This document shows, piece after piece, positions 49,671 to 62,300 of a stretch of 64,000 nucleotides of DNA. The position numbers and the translations under genes were made by a program. Source of the stretch: an uncultured Sphingomonas sp. Lineage in GTDB: Bacteria; Pseudomonadota; Alphaproteobacteria; Sphingomonadales; Sphingomonadaceae. Position 1 is the first letter of the stretch; each line of letters begins with the position of its first letter. A model generated the notes under the pieces. The model did not search any database, was not told where the DNA came from, and saw only the letters and a list, made by a program, of their open reading frames with translations. The stretch lies in NCBI GenBank assembly GCA_964244765.1, contig CAXTJX010000005.1, positions 4,606 through 68,605 of the forward strand, given 5' to 3'.

Positions 49671-51052
49671 TGACGGACCCTCTCTTCGATGCAGCGCTCA
49701 GGCTGGAGACCGGGCGGCTGGTAGCCGAGCCTGCCCCCGGCGACAACGCCGCGCCGATGTCGGTGGGGGAACTCGCCGGCAAGCTGAAGCGCGTGGTCGA
49801 AACCGAATTCGGCCATGTCCGCCTGCGCGGCGAGATCTCGGGCTATAAGCGCGTCGCCTCGGGCCATGCCTATCTCAGCCTCAAGGACGACAGCGCCGTC
49901 ATCGACGGGGTGATCTGGAAAGGGCAGGTGGCCGGCCTCGGCTTCGTGCCGCAGGACGGGATCGAAGTGATCGCGACCGGCAAGGTCACCACCTATCCCG
50001 GCCGCTCCAAATACCAGATCGTGATCGAGCGGATGGAACCGGCGGGCGAGGGTGCGCTGATGGCGCTGCTCGAAAAGCTCAAGGCGAAGCTGGCGGGCGA
50101 GGGCCTGTTCGCGAGCGAGCGCAAGAAGGTGCTGCCGTTTCTGCCGCGCCGCATCGGCGTCGTCACCTCGCCGACCGGTGCGGTGATCCGCGACATCCTC
50201 CACCGGCTGGAGGATCGCTGCCCGAGCCATGTGCTGGTCTGGCCGGTCAAGGTGCAGGGCGCGGGCGCGGCGGAGGAAATCGCGCACGCCATCGCCGGGT
50301 TCGACGCGATGCCGGCGGAGACGCGGCCCGATCTCGTCATCGTCGCGCGCGGCGGCGGCTCGATCGAGGATCTGTGGGCGTTCAACGAGGAAGTGGTGGT
50401 GCGCGCCATCACCGCCTGCTCGATCCCGCTGATCTCGGCGGTCGGCCACGAGACCGATACCACGCTCGCCGATTTCGCCGCCGACCTGCGCGCGCCGACG
50501 CCGACCGCCGCCGCCGAGATGGCGGTGCCGGTGCTCGCCGACCTGCGCCTGACGCTGGCGGGCTACGGCCAGCGTACCGAGAAATGCGCGCGGCGCTATC
50601 ACGAACGCGGGCGCGAGCGGCTCGACGCGCTGGTTCGCGTGATCCCGCGCCGCGACGCGCTGCTCGGGCCGCAGCGGCAACGCGCGGACGATCTCGGCGC
50701 GCGGCTCGACCGGGGGCTGGAACGCCGCGTCGTCGTCGCGCGCGGACAACTCGACCGCTCGGCGGGGGCGCTCCGGCTGACGACGCTCGACCGGCAGCTT
50801 GCGGTCTCGCGCGACCGGCTTGCCGCGACATGGCGGCTGGTCGAATCGCTCGGGCCGAACGCGATCCTCGACCGCGGCTACGCGTTCGTCTCGGCGCGAG
50901 GCTCTGGCGCGGTGGTCGGCTCGGCGGGCGCGGCGCGGGCGGCGGGGGCCGTGACGCTCCACTTCCGCGACGGCGAGGTCGATGCCAAGGTTGAGCGCAG
51001 CGGTCCCAAGCCCTATGCTGCGCCGACACCGGAGCAGCCCACGCTCCTCTAG
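49670..51052 (+). CDS. xseA: Exodeoxyribonuclease VII large subunit
   Basis: [33 protein letters not shown]; start 49670 or 49757. Confidence 0.93.
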   Translation: MTDPLFDAALRLETGRLVAEPAPGDNAAPMSVGELAGKLKRVVETEFGHVRLRGEISGYKRVASGHAYLSLKDDSAVIDGVIWKGQVAGLGFVPQDGIEVIATGKVTTYPGRSKYQIVIERMEPAGEGALMALLEKLKAKLAGEGLFASERKKVLPFLPRRIGVVTSPTGAVIRDILHRLEDRCPSHVLVWPVKVQGAGAAEEIAHAIAGFDAMPAETRPDLVIVARGGGSIEDLWAFNEEVVVRAITACSIPLISAVGHETDTTLADFAADLRAPTPTAAAEMAVPVLADLRLTLAGYGQRTEKCARRYHERGRERLDALVRVIPRRDALLGPQRQRADDLGARLDRGLERRVVVARGQLDRSAGALRLTTLDRQLAVSRDRLAATWRLVESLGPNAILDRGYAFVSARGSGAVVGSAGAARAAGAVTLHFRDGEVDAKVERSGPKPYAAPTPEQPTLL

Positions 51053-51081
51053 CCGACGCTCTTTACGGAAAGCCGCTCACG

Positions 51082-51282
51082 ATGCTGATGTCCAACACCG
51101 ATCGCCCCGCGCGCCTCCATTTCATGGCGAACGGCTTTCGCGTGCTGACCCCCGGCGACCATGTCGTCTGCGCCGTCAGCGGCGCGCGCATCGCGCTCGA
51201 CGATCTGCGCTACTGGAGCGTCGCCCGCCAGGAACCCTATGCCGGCGCCGCGCTCGCGACCGGGGCGATGACCGCTTCATGA
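51082..51282 (+). CDS. DUF2093 family protein
   Basis: GDHVVCAVSG, LRYWSVARQEPY. Confidence 0.8.
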   Translation: MLMSNTDRPARLHFMANGFRVLTPGDHVVCAVSGARIALDDLRYWSVARQEPYAGAALATGAMTAS

Positions 51283-52229
51283 AGCGGCGCGCGGGGCTAT
51301 CCGGGCTGGCCGGCCGGACGATCGGCCCGTCGGTTGCCGGGGCCGCGCTGATCGTGCTCGGCAGTTGCACCACCACCCCCGACCGCACCCGGGTCCAGCC
51401 GCTTCCCCCCGCCTCCGTCGAACGCCAGCCGACCGTCCAGCCGCGCCGCGACCCGGCGCGCGACAGTTTCAGCTATTCGGGATCGATGATGCAGGGCGGC
51501 ATCGTCATCGGCATCGCGCCGGCCGGCACCAGCCTGCTCGCCTTTGACGGCGCGGCGGTGCCGGTCGCCCCCGACGGCCGCTTCCTGATCGGCTTCGACC
51601 GCGATGCCGGCCCTAGCGCGACCCTAGTCGCGACGCTCGACGACGGGCGTGTCGTTCGCGACACCCTGACGGTGGCGCCGCGCGGCTGGGCCATTTCGAG
51701 CCTGCCGACCCTGCCCAAGACGCCGCTGCCGCAGCCCGACTTCGACCGGCTCCGCCCCGCCGAACTGGCGCAGATCAACGCCGCGCGCCGCGTCGGTTCG
51801 GACTCGCAGGGCTGGCGGCAGCCCTTCCTGTGGCCGACCACCGGGCGCATCTCGACGCTGTTCGGCGCGCAGCGGATCTACCGGAACGGCGAGGCGGGAT
51901 CGTATCATTCGGGGATCGACATCGCCAAGCCGATCGGCTCGGCGATCGTCGCGCCGGCGGACGGCGTGGTGATCCTGGCGACGGACCATCCCTTCACGCT
52001 GGAGGGCAATCTGCTGATGATCGACCACGGCATGGGCCTCAACACCGCCTTCCTGCACCTCTCGCGGATCGACGTGCAGGTCGGCGACCATGTCCGCCGC
52101 GGCCAGCCCGTCGCGCTGTCGGGCATGACCGGGCGCGCGACCGGCCCGCACCTCCACTGGGGGCTGAAATGGCACGACGCGAAGATCGACCCGCTGCTGG
52201 TGGCAGGGCCGATGCCGAGCGGGCAATAA
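51279..52229 (+). CDS. M23 family metallopeptidase
   Basis: HSGID, HLS, TGPHLHW. Confidence 0.9.
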   Translation: MKRRAGLSGLAGRTIGPSVAGAALIVLGSCTTTPDRTRVQPLPPASVERQPTVQPRRDPARDSFSYSGSMMQGGIVIGIAPAGTSLLAFDGAAVPVAPDGRFLIGFDRDAGPSATLVATLDDGRVVRDTLTVAPRGWAISSLPTLPKTPLPQPDFDRLRPAELAQINAARRVGSDSQGWRQPFLWPTTGRISTLFGAQRIYRNGEAGSYHSGIDIAKPIGSAIVAPADGVVILATDHPFTLEGNLLMIDHGMGLNTAFLHLSRIDVQVGDHVRRGQPVALSGMTGRATGPHLHWGLKWHDAKIDPLLVAGPMPSGQ

Positions 52230-52428
52230 TCCGCCGGTGCTGAATACCGCGAAAGGCCGTTGTCGATCGCACCATTCTTCCCAACGAACAAATATCGCAC
52301 GTGACATATTTGCTACAGATAATAGTTAATTGCCTTAACGAAGTCTTGTAGATTGCGGCGCATGATAGACTGCCGTTAAGTTATTCTAACCGGCGTAGAA
52401 CGGGTGGTCGCAAATATATGAGGTAAAC

Positions 52429-55377
52429 ATGAGTATTTTCCGCGTGCGCCTCTTGGCGTCGACGTTCATGGCTGGCATCGTAATGCTCGCTGGGCCTGCT
52501 GTCGCACAGGACGTTCCGGTCGGGACCGATACTGGTGCCGATGCTTCGACAACGCCGGAAGTTCAGCCTGCCGTAGCAGAAAATGCCGATATTGTTGTTA
52601 CGGGATCCCGTATCGTGCGTTCCGAACTGCGATCCTCCACGCCGATCCTGGCCGTCGGGCGCGACGACATCGCCCGGACGGGCCAGACCAATGTAGCGGA
52701 GGTGCTGCGCCGGGAGCCGATTTTCGCGACCGGCACCAGCCAGCAAAACAGTAATTTCCAGGTCAATGGCAATGGTCTCAACCTGCTCGACCTGCGCGGT
52801 CTGGGCGTCGACCGTACACTGGTGCTGATCAACGGGCGTCGCGTTGTCGCGGGATTGGGCGGCAGCAATGCGGTCGACATCAACATGATCCCAACCGATC
52901 TCGTTGAGCGTGTCGACACGATCACCGGGGGCGCTTCGGCCGTCTACGGCTCCGACGCGATGGCCGGGGTCGTCAATTTCATTCTCAAGGACCGCTTCAC
53001 CGGCATCGAACTCAATGCCCAAAACGGGATCAGCAGCCGTGGCGACACCAATCGCTATCGCGTCAGCGGCACCATCGGCACCAATTTTGCGGGCGATCGC
53101 GGCAACATCTGGATAAACGGCGTTTACGACGTCGATAAAGGCCTGCTGTCGCGCGATCGTTCCTTCTCGGCGAACGATCGGTCGGGCTTGAGCATCTTCT
53201 CGCCGGCAGGGGCTTTCAGCCTCAATGGCACGGTGTTCGATATTACCGGTACGGGTGATCAGGGCGCGATCCTCGCGAACGACTATACTTTCGCCTCATC
53301 CGGTACTCTGAAGCAGGGCTTCGTCCAGAATATCGACGGCTATAACCGCAACAATTTCCGCCGTCTGATCGTCCCTGTCGACCGCTATCTGGCCAATGCC
53401 GGGTTGACCTTCAAGATTGCGGATTCCGTCAAATTCTATGCCGAAGCAGCCTATGGCAAGACGAAGTCGTCGATCGATATCGAGCCTTACGCCACGGCCG
53501 GCGGCGACCCCGATGTCGACGGCGCGGGGTCGATCGACGTACCTGGTATTAGCCTCGACAATCCCTTCATCCCGGCGCCAATCGCCAATGCCATCGCGGC
53601 GCGCAATAGCGATGCGACCCCGGACAACGACGTTCGCTACATCGCCTTCCGCCGCCGGCTCGGCGATATCTTCAATCGCAACAGCACCAACGACCGTGAT
53701 TTCTATCGCGCCGTGGCCGGGTTGAAAGGCGATCTGGGTTTGCGGTGGAAGTGGGATGTTTCCTATGTCTACGGCAAGACCAGCGATCATACCGTCACGG
53801 ACGCGATTCCCACCGACCGTTTCGCCAATGCGCTGGATGCGGTCCTGCTGGGCGGACAGATCGTATGCCGCAGCGCGGCGGCGCGCGCGGATGGATGTCA
53901 GCCGCTCAACATCTTCGGCAACGGCGCGCCGTCGCAAGCGGCGATCAACTATGTCCGCCGCGACGGCAAGGTGGTTACCGCGCTCGACACCGAGATCGAG
54001 CAGCAGGTGGCGACAGCCAATCTTTCTGGTTCGCTGTTCCGTTTGCCGGGCGGCGACGTAAAGGCCGCGTTCGGCGCGGAATATCGGCACGAGCGGAGTT
54101 CGGACGATTGGGATGCCGATACCAATGCTGGGAATACGCTCGGCAATTTTATCTCGGACACCAGCGGCAGTTTCGACGTCAAGGACGTGTTTGGCGAACT
54201 CGATGTGCCGATCTTTGCCGATCGTCCCTTCCTGCACTATCTCGGATTCGAGGGGGCGGCGCGCTACGATGATTATTCCACGATCGGCGGCGTGTTTTCA
54301 TGGAAAGCCGGCGGTGCATGGGCGCCGACGCGCGACATCCGGTTTCGTGCCGAATATTCCCGCGCGAATCGCGCGCCCAATGTCGGCGAGTTGTTCTCCA
54401 GCCAATCCGAGACCTTTCCCGGTTCGAGGACGCTCGATCCGTGCGACGGCGTGACGGCCGCACGCACCAACACCTATGATGCGGCATGCCGCGCTATTCC
54501 GGCAATCGCCGCCGCCATCGCCAATACTGGTTCATTCTCATATAGCGATGCCGAGATTCAAAGCATCAACGGTTTCGATGGCGGGAATCCAAGCCTAAAA
54601 GAGGAAACCGCCAACACATGGACGATCGGTGCGGTGTTCACGCCGACCTTCGCCAAGCGCTTGAACGTGAGCATCGATTATTATCATATTAAGGTGAAGA
54701 GCGCGATCAACAGCCAGCCGCGCGAAGAAACTGTGAAGTCTTGTCTGCTCGATCCGGCGTCGGCGGGGTGCGGCGGCCAGGCGCTCCGCCTGCCCAACGG
54801 TAAGCTGACGCGCGTCGATGCGCTCAACATCAACACCGGCAGCTTCCTGACCAGCGGCATCGACGTCGCGGCGCGCTATCGCCAGCCCATCGCGCAGAAC
54901 ACCAGCGTCAACCTGCAACTCAATTACACGCACCTGCTCAAGCACCAGCGCACGCCGTTCGACGGCGCGGCGCCGATCGACGAACTCGGTCAACTCCAGA
55001 ATACCGACCAGACCCGGCTCGGCTCGGGATACAAGGACCGCTTCACGCTCGACACGATTGTCGACCATGGCCCGGCCTCACTGTCTTGGACAGTGCGCTA
55101 TTTCGGGCCGATCAAGGATACACTCGATCCGGCGACCGCGCCGGACCCGTCGCTCAACAATGTCCGCGCAACATGGTATCATGATTTCCAGCTACGCTAC
55201 CGCATCGGTGACCAGGTCAAGATGGAATGGTATCTGGGCGTCAACAACGCTTTCGATCGCCAGCCGCCGCTACTGCCGAACGGCGATACCGCTTCGGGCT
55301 TGTTCGGCGTCGAGACCTCGCAGGAATATGATGTGATCGGGCGCTATTTCTATACGGGAATCCAAATCCGGCTCTGA
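52429..55377 (+). CDS. TonB-dependent receptor
   Basis: Signal peptide, TonB box IVVTGSRI, LRGLG..RTLVLINGRR, GASAVYGSDA, C-terminal GRYFYTGIQIRL. Confidence 0.95.
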   Translation: MSIFRVRLLASTFMAGIVMLAGPAVAQDVPVGTDTGADASTTPEVQPAVAENADIVVTGSRIVRSELRSSTPILAVGRDDIARTGQTNVAEVLRREPIFATGTSQQNSNFQVNGNGLNLLDLRGLGVDRTLVLINGRRVVAGLGGSNAVDINMIPTDLVERVDTITGGASAVYGSDAMAGVVNFILKDRFTGIELNAQNGISSRGDTNRYRVSGTIGTNFAGDRGNIWINGVYDVDKGLLSRDRSFSANDRSGLSIFSPAGAFSLNGTVFDITGTGDQGAILANDYTFASSGTLKQGFVQNIDGYNRNNFRRLIVPVDRYLANAGLTFKIADSVKFYAEAAYGKTKSSIDIEPYATAGGDPDVDGAGSIDVPGISLDNPFIPAPIANAIAARNSDATPDNDVRYIAFRRRLGDIFNRNSTNDRDFYRAVAGLKGDLGLRWKWDVSYVYGKTSDHTVTDAIPTDRFANALDAVLLGGQIVCRSAAARADGCQPLNIFGNGAPSQAAINYVRRDGKVVTALDTEIEQQVATANLSGSLFRLPGGDVKAAFGAEYRHERSSDDWDADTNAGNTLGNFISDTSGSFDVKDVFGELDVPIFADRPFLHYLGFEGAARYDDYSTIGGVFSWKAGGAWAPTRDIRFRAEYSRANRAPNVGELFSSQSETFPGSRTLDPCDGVTAARTNTYDAACRAIPAIAAAIANTGSFSYSDAEIQSINGFDGGNPSLKEETANTWTIGAVFTPTFAKRLNVSIDYYHIKVKSAINSQPREETVKSCLLDPASAGCGGQALRLPNGKLTRVDALNINTGSFLTSGIDVAARYRQPIAQNTSVNLQLNYTHLLKHQRTPFDGAAPIDELGQLQNTDQTRLGSGYKDRFTLDTIVDHGPASLSWTVRYFGPIKDTLDPATAPDPSLNNVRATWYHDFQLRYRIGDQVKMEWYLGVNNAFDRQPPLLPNGDTASGLFGVETSQEYDVIGRYFYTGIQIRL

Positions 55378-55457
55378 TCCTGTTCGCCTCAAGCGTGTCG
55401 GCGCAGGAGACCAGCGCCGACCACTACCCCGATTCCCGCCCGGTCCCGCGACTCGCT

Positions 55458-58037
<2,580 letters not shown>

Positions 58038-58056
58038 GGTATCCCTTTCGGCACTC

Positions 58057-58084
58057 ATGTGGTGTTGCATTTAAGCAACACAAG
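58057..58084 (-). promoter_or_regulatory. RpoH-type promoter of clpB with internal palindrome
   Basis: CTTG-N18-CCACAT on minus strand; spacer is TGTTGC-N6-GCAACA. Confidence 0.5.
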
Positions 58085-58092
58085 AACCCCCT

Positions 58093-58209
58093 CGTCATGC
58101 CGGATTTATTCCGGCATCCACCGTGCCGCGATCGCAACCGTCAGAATGTGCGGCACGGTGTACCCCGGAACAAGGCTCTGCTGAGTTTATCGAAGAATCC
58201 GGGATGACG
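58093..58209. repeat. Palindromic repeat family B, copy 5, with degenerate nested unit
   Basis: CGTCATGCCGGATTTATTCCGG...CCGGAACAA[GGCTCTGCTGAGTTTATCGAAG]AATCCGGGATGACG. Confidence 0.8.
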
Positions 58210-58214
58210 GAGAG

Positions 58215-60371
58215 GTGACGATGTTGCGTAAATTCCTGATCAGCCTTGCCGGCATCATTGTCTTGGTCGCGCTCGGCTTTGCCATATGGGAGCCGCTGAC
58301 CGCCACCACCGTCGCCGCGCCGCCTGCGCGCAAATACGACACCGTCATCGCGCGCGACCGGTTCGGCGTGCCGCATATCTTCGGCAGGACCGACCCGGAC
58401 GTCGCCTATGGCGTGGCCTATGCCCATGCCGAGGACGATTTCGCGACGCTGCAGGAAACGGTCGCGATGGCACGCGGGCGGCTGGGGGCGATGACCGGCG
58501 CGGACGGGGCGAAGGTCGATTACACGCTGCACCTGCTCGGCGCGCGTGAGACCGCGCACCGCGACTACGCGAAGCAGCCGGCCGACGTGCGGGCGCTGCT
58601 CGATGCCTATGCGAGCGGGCTCAACACCTATGCCCGGCGCCACCCGGACGAGGTACGGCTGGCGCGGCTGTTTCCGGCGAATGGCGAGGACATCGCGACG
58701 GGCTTCGTGCTGCGCACGCCGTTCTTCTTCGGGCTCGATCAAGTGCTCGGCGCGCTGACCGGGGACAAACCGCTGCCGCGCGAAAGTGCGGGTGCGACGC
58801 CGGACTCGCCCGATCCGGCCGCGCTCCCGGCAACGGGCGAGGCGGTGCCCTACGGCTCCAACGCGTTCGTCGTCGCGCCGAAGCGCTCGGCCGACGGCTT
58901 CACTCGTGTCGTCTCGAACTCGCACCAGCCGTGGGCGGGGCCGGTCGCGTGGTACGAACTGAGCGTGCAGTCGGGCACCGGCTGGCATTTCTCCGGCGCG
59001 ACCTTTCCCGGCGTGCCGTTCCCGGTGCTGGGGCATAACGAGCAGCTCGGCTGGACCAATACCGTCAACCGGCCCGACCTGACCGACATCTACAAGCTCG
59101 TCACCGATGCATCGGCCACGCACTACCGTTTCGACGGCGAGTGGCGGCCGCTGCAAGCGACGCGCGTGTGGCTCAAGGTGCGGTTCGGCCCCTTCATCCT
59201 GCCGATCCCCAAGACGGTGTACCGCGCCGTGCAGGGCCCGGTGATCGTCAACGAGAGCGGCGCCTATGCGATCCGCTATGCCGGGGCCGACCAGCTTCGC
59301 ATGATCGAGGAATATTACCGCCTGACGCGCGCGCGCGATTTCGCCGAGTGGCAACAGGCGCTGGCGATGCAGGCGATACCGGCGACCAATTTTCTCTATG
59401 GCGACGCCAAGGGCAACATCGCCTATTTCTACAATGCCAGCTTCCCCAACCGCAAGGCGGGCTTCGATTACCGCCAGGTGCTGCCCGGTGACACCGCGCG
59501 CGACCTGATGGCGGGGACGGTGCCGTGGGCCCAGGTTCCGCGCAACGTGAACCCCGCCTCGGGCTTCCTCGCCAACGCCAACAACACGCCGTTCCAGACG
59601 GCGGGCGCGGGATCGGAACTCAAGCCGGGCGACTATTCGCCGCTGCTCGGGATCGAGACCGACACGACCAATCGCGGCACGCGCGCGGTCGAATTGCTGG
59701 GCGCCGATCCGTCGATCAGCGCGGCGGACCTCGCCCGCATCAAATACGACACCGGCGTCAGCCGGCTGAGCTGGGCGGCGCGCTGGTATGCTGACGTGGC
59801 ACGCGTCGACCCCAAGGGTGACGCGCAACTGATCGCGGCGCTAGGCGTGCTCAAGCGCTGGAACTGGGACTTTGACGGGCATCATGCCGGCCAGGCGCTC
59901 GCCGCGATCCTGCTGCGCACCGGGCAGAAATCGCATTATCAGCGTCGCCCGGAGCTCGACCCGCGCGATGCGCTGGCCAAGGCGGCCGCCTATCTCAAGC
60001 TGCATTTCGGCACGCTCGATCCGCCGCTCGGCACGGTGCTGCGGCTGCGCCACGGCGCCTTGGACCGAAAGGGGGTCGACCTGCCGCTCGACGGCGCGCC
60101 CGACGTGCTGCGCGCCGCCTCGACCTGGGACGAGGCCGACGATGGGCGGCTGGTGGTCAACCACGGCGACAGCTTCATCCTGTTCATGGCGTGGAACAAA
60201 GCCGGGCGCGTGTCGTCGCAATCGATCCAGCCCTACGGCGCGGCGACGACGCGGCCCTATTCGCCGCATTATGCCGACCAGGCGCCGCTGTTCGTCGCGC
60301 ACAGGGTGAAGCCGGTGAACTTCTGGCGCGCCGATCTACGGCGGAATGTGGAGCGGGTGTATCGGCCTTGA
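58215..60371 (+). CDS. Penicillin acylase family (Ntn hydrolase) amidase
   Basis: RDRFGVPHI, YAHAED, G-SNAF beta-chain Ser, NSHQP. Confidence 0.9.
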   Translation: MTMLRKFLISLAGIIVLVALGFAIWEPLTATTVAAPPARKYDTVIARDRFGVPHIFGRTDPDVAYGVAYAHAEDDFATLQETVAMARGRLGAMTGADGAKVDYTLHLLGARETAHRDYAKQPADVRALLDAYASGLNTYARRHPDEVRLARLFPANGEDIATGFVLRTPFFFGLDQVLGALTGDKPLPRESAGATPDSPDPAALPATGEAVPYGSNAFVVAPKRSADGFTRVVSNSHQPWAGPVAWYELSVQSGTGWHFSGATFPGVPFPVLGHNEQLGWTNTVNRPDLTDIYKLVTDASATHYRFDGEWRPLQATRVWLKVRFGPFILPIPKTVYRAVQGPVIVNESGAYAIRYAGADQLRMIEEYYRLTRARDFAEWQQALAMQAIPATNFLYGDAKGNIAYFYNASFPNRKAGFDYRQVLPGDTARDLMAGTVPWAQVPRNVNPASGFLANANNTPFQTAGAGSELKPGDYSPLLGIETDTTNRGTRAVELLGADPSISAADLARIKYDTGVSRLSWAARWYADVARVDPKGDAQLIAALGVLKRWNWDFDGHHAGQALAAILLRTGQKSHYQRRPELDPRDALAKAAAYLKLHFGTLDPPLGTVLRLRHGALDRKGVDLPLDGAPDVLRAASTWDEADDGRLVVNHGDSFILFMAWNKAGRVSSQSIQPYGAATTRPYSPHYADQAPLFVAHRVKPVNFWRADLRRNVERVYRP

Positions 60372-60509
60372 GGCCCCCCCCCGCCGACCCGGGGGGAATC
60401 GGAGAGGTCGATCGTACCGGTTCGCCGCGCGCGGCACCAAGCGCCCTCGGCATCGGCGTGCAGGCCGACATGTCGGCGACTGGACCGCACCGTCACCGCC
60501 ACGATTCGC

Positions 60510-60665
60510 GCGCTGCCGCAAAAATATCGCGCGATGAAGATCCCGCGGCTTGACGCTGCGGCACGCGGGGCGAGCGATCCCGATCGCTTCATCTGGTCGT
60601 GGTGGGCGATGCCGCGACGATACGCGGCCGGCTTGACAGTGTCGGGCTGCCCGTCGAGGTGATTT
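60510..60665 (+). pseudogene. C-terminal stub resembling an M16 (pitrilysin) peptidase
   Basis: ALPQKYRAM..LDAAARGASDPDRFIW / frameshift / VVGDAATIRGRLDSVGLPVEV. Confidence 0.6.
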
Positions 60666-60718
60666 CGGCGGCGTTTGTCGCGGACGCCAACCGAGGTTTC
60701 GCAATCAGGAGAGTGACA

Positions 60719-61021
60719 ATGGCTACGGTCGATGGAAGCTGGGATACGGTCGTCAAATCGCCGATGGGCGACCAGAAGGCGGTGCTGACGGTCAAGACCG
60801 ACGGCACGACATGGACCGGGAGCCAGAACGGCGCGATGGGCTCGGTCGACATCGCCGACGGCACGGTCGACGGCGATACGATCACTTGGTCGATGAACAT
60901 CACGGTGCCGATGCCGATGACCCTGACGGGCAAGGCGACGGCGGAGGGCGACACGCTGACCGGCACGGTCACGGCGGGGGCGTTCGGCAGCTTCCCGATG
61001 ACCGGCACGCGAGTGGGGTGA
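60719..61021 (+). CDS. Small beta-rich hypothetical protein
   Basis: SD AGGAG; MATVDGSWDTVVKSPMG...GAFGSFPMTGTR. Confidence 0.8.
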   Translation: MATVDGSWDTVVKSPMGDQKAVLTVKTDGTTWTGSQNGAMGSVDIADGTVDGDTITWSMNITVPMPMTLTGKATAEGDTLTGTVTAGAFGSFPMTGTRVG

Positions 61022-61068
61022 ACCGTTTCGACCCTCTCCCGCTTTCGTAGGGGCGGACCGTTGCCTCG

Positions 61069-62136
61069 TCACCGCCCCAACCGCGTGACGTGCCCCATCT
61101 TGCGCCCCGGCCGGGTCTCCTTGCCGTAAAGGTGCAGATGCGCGCCCGGTTCTGCCAGGATCGCGGCCCAGCGATCGGCGTCGTGGCCGATGAGGTTCTC
61201 CATCGCCACGGTGGGGGCGGTCAGCCCGGTGTCGCCGAGCGGCAGGCCGCAGATCGCGCGGATGTGGTTCTCGAATTGCGACGTCACCGCCCCCTCGATC
61301 GTCCAGTGCCCGCTATTGTGCACGCGCGGGGCCATTTCGTTGAACACCGGGCCGTCCGCGCCGGCGAAGAACTCGCACGCCAGTACGCCGACATAGCCGA
61401 GCCGGTCGGCGATCCGCCCGGCCAGTGCCGCCGCCTCGCCCCACTGCGCGGCGATCTCGGCGGGGGCGGGCAGGGTGGAGCGCGCCAGCACGCCGTCGAC
61501 ATGTTCGTTCCATGGCGGCGGATAGCTGACCATCTGCCCGTCGCGCCCGCGCACCAGCAGGATCGAGAATTCGTGGGTGAACGTGACGAAACCCTCCAGA
61601 ATCGCCGGGCGCGCGCCGATCGCCTGCCATGCGCCCACGATCTCGTCAGGCGCGGCGATGCGCACCTGGCCCTTGCCGTCATAGCCGAGCCGCAAGGTCT
61701 TGAGAATCGCGGGCGCGCCGATCTCCGCCACCGCCGCGCGCACTTCGTCCAGCGTCTCGACCCTGGCCCAGGGGGCGGTGCGGCCGCCGAGCTCGCCGAC
61801 GAAGCGCTTCTCCTCGCTGCGATCCTGCGCGATGCCGAGCGCGGCGGGGGCGGGGTGCACCGGCACCTTGGCGGCGAGATAGACGACCGGGTCGAGCGCG
61901 ACATTCTCGAATTCGTAGGTCACGACATCGGCGGCGGCGGCGAACTCGTCGAGCACGATGCGGCTGTGATAATCCGCGCGGGTGAAGCTCGAGGCGGTCT
62001 GCGCGGCGACGCTCTCGGCATCGGGCGCGAGCACGCGCGTACGGTAGCCGACTTGCGCGGCGGCGACCGCGAGCATCCGTCCGAGCTGTCCGCCGCCGAG
62101 GATGCCGATGGTGGAACCGGGGGGGAGCGGAGTCAT
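61069..62136 (-). CDS. purK: N5-CAIR synthetase
   Basis: IGILGGGQLGRM, TYEFEN, GYDGKGQ, APRVHNSGH, RKMGH. Confidence 0.95.
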   Translation of the reverse strand: MTPLPPGSTIGILGGGQLGRMLAVAAAQVGYRTRVLAPDAESVAAQTASSFTRADYHSRIVLDEFAAAADVVTYEFENVALDPVVYLAAKVPVHPAPAALGIAQDRSEEKRFVGELGGRTAPWARVETLDEVRAAVAEIGAPAILKTLRLGYDGKGQVRIAAPDEIVGAWQAIGARPAILEGFVTFTHEFSILLVRGRDGQMVSYPPPWNEHVDGVLARSTLPAPAEIAAQWGEAAALAGRIADRLGYVGVLACEFFAGADGPVFNEMAPRVHNSGHWTIEGAVTSQFENHIRAICGLPLGDTGLTAPTVAMENLIGHDADRWAAILAEPGAHLHLYGKETRPGRKMGHVTRLGR

Positions 62137-62243
62137 GCGCATGCGTCCGCTGGGAAGAACGGAAGCGGGTGAAGCTTGATCCTGCCTTCCCTGGAACGGA
62201 GGCCACCGGCCAGCAGCAGGGCGGGAAGGATCAGACGATACAT
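62133..62243 (-). other. 36-aa ORF coupled to purK (possible lipoprotein gene stub)
   Basis: SD GAAGGAG; MYRLILPALLLAGG...; ATGA overlap with purK start. Confidence 0.4.
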
Positions 62244-62300
62244 GGCGGCGCTCCTTCGCAACATCGTCTCTCCCGCCGCCGATCATACCGCACGAGACGC

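Noticed and set aside
52326-52390. CtrA boxes upstream of the TonB-dependent receptor
   Set aside because: Half-site spacing is 5-6 nt rather than the 7 nt consensus
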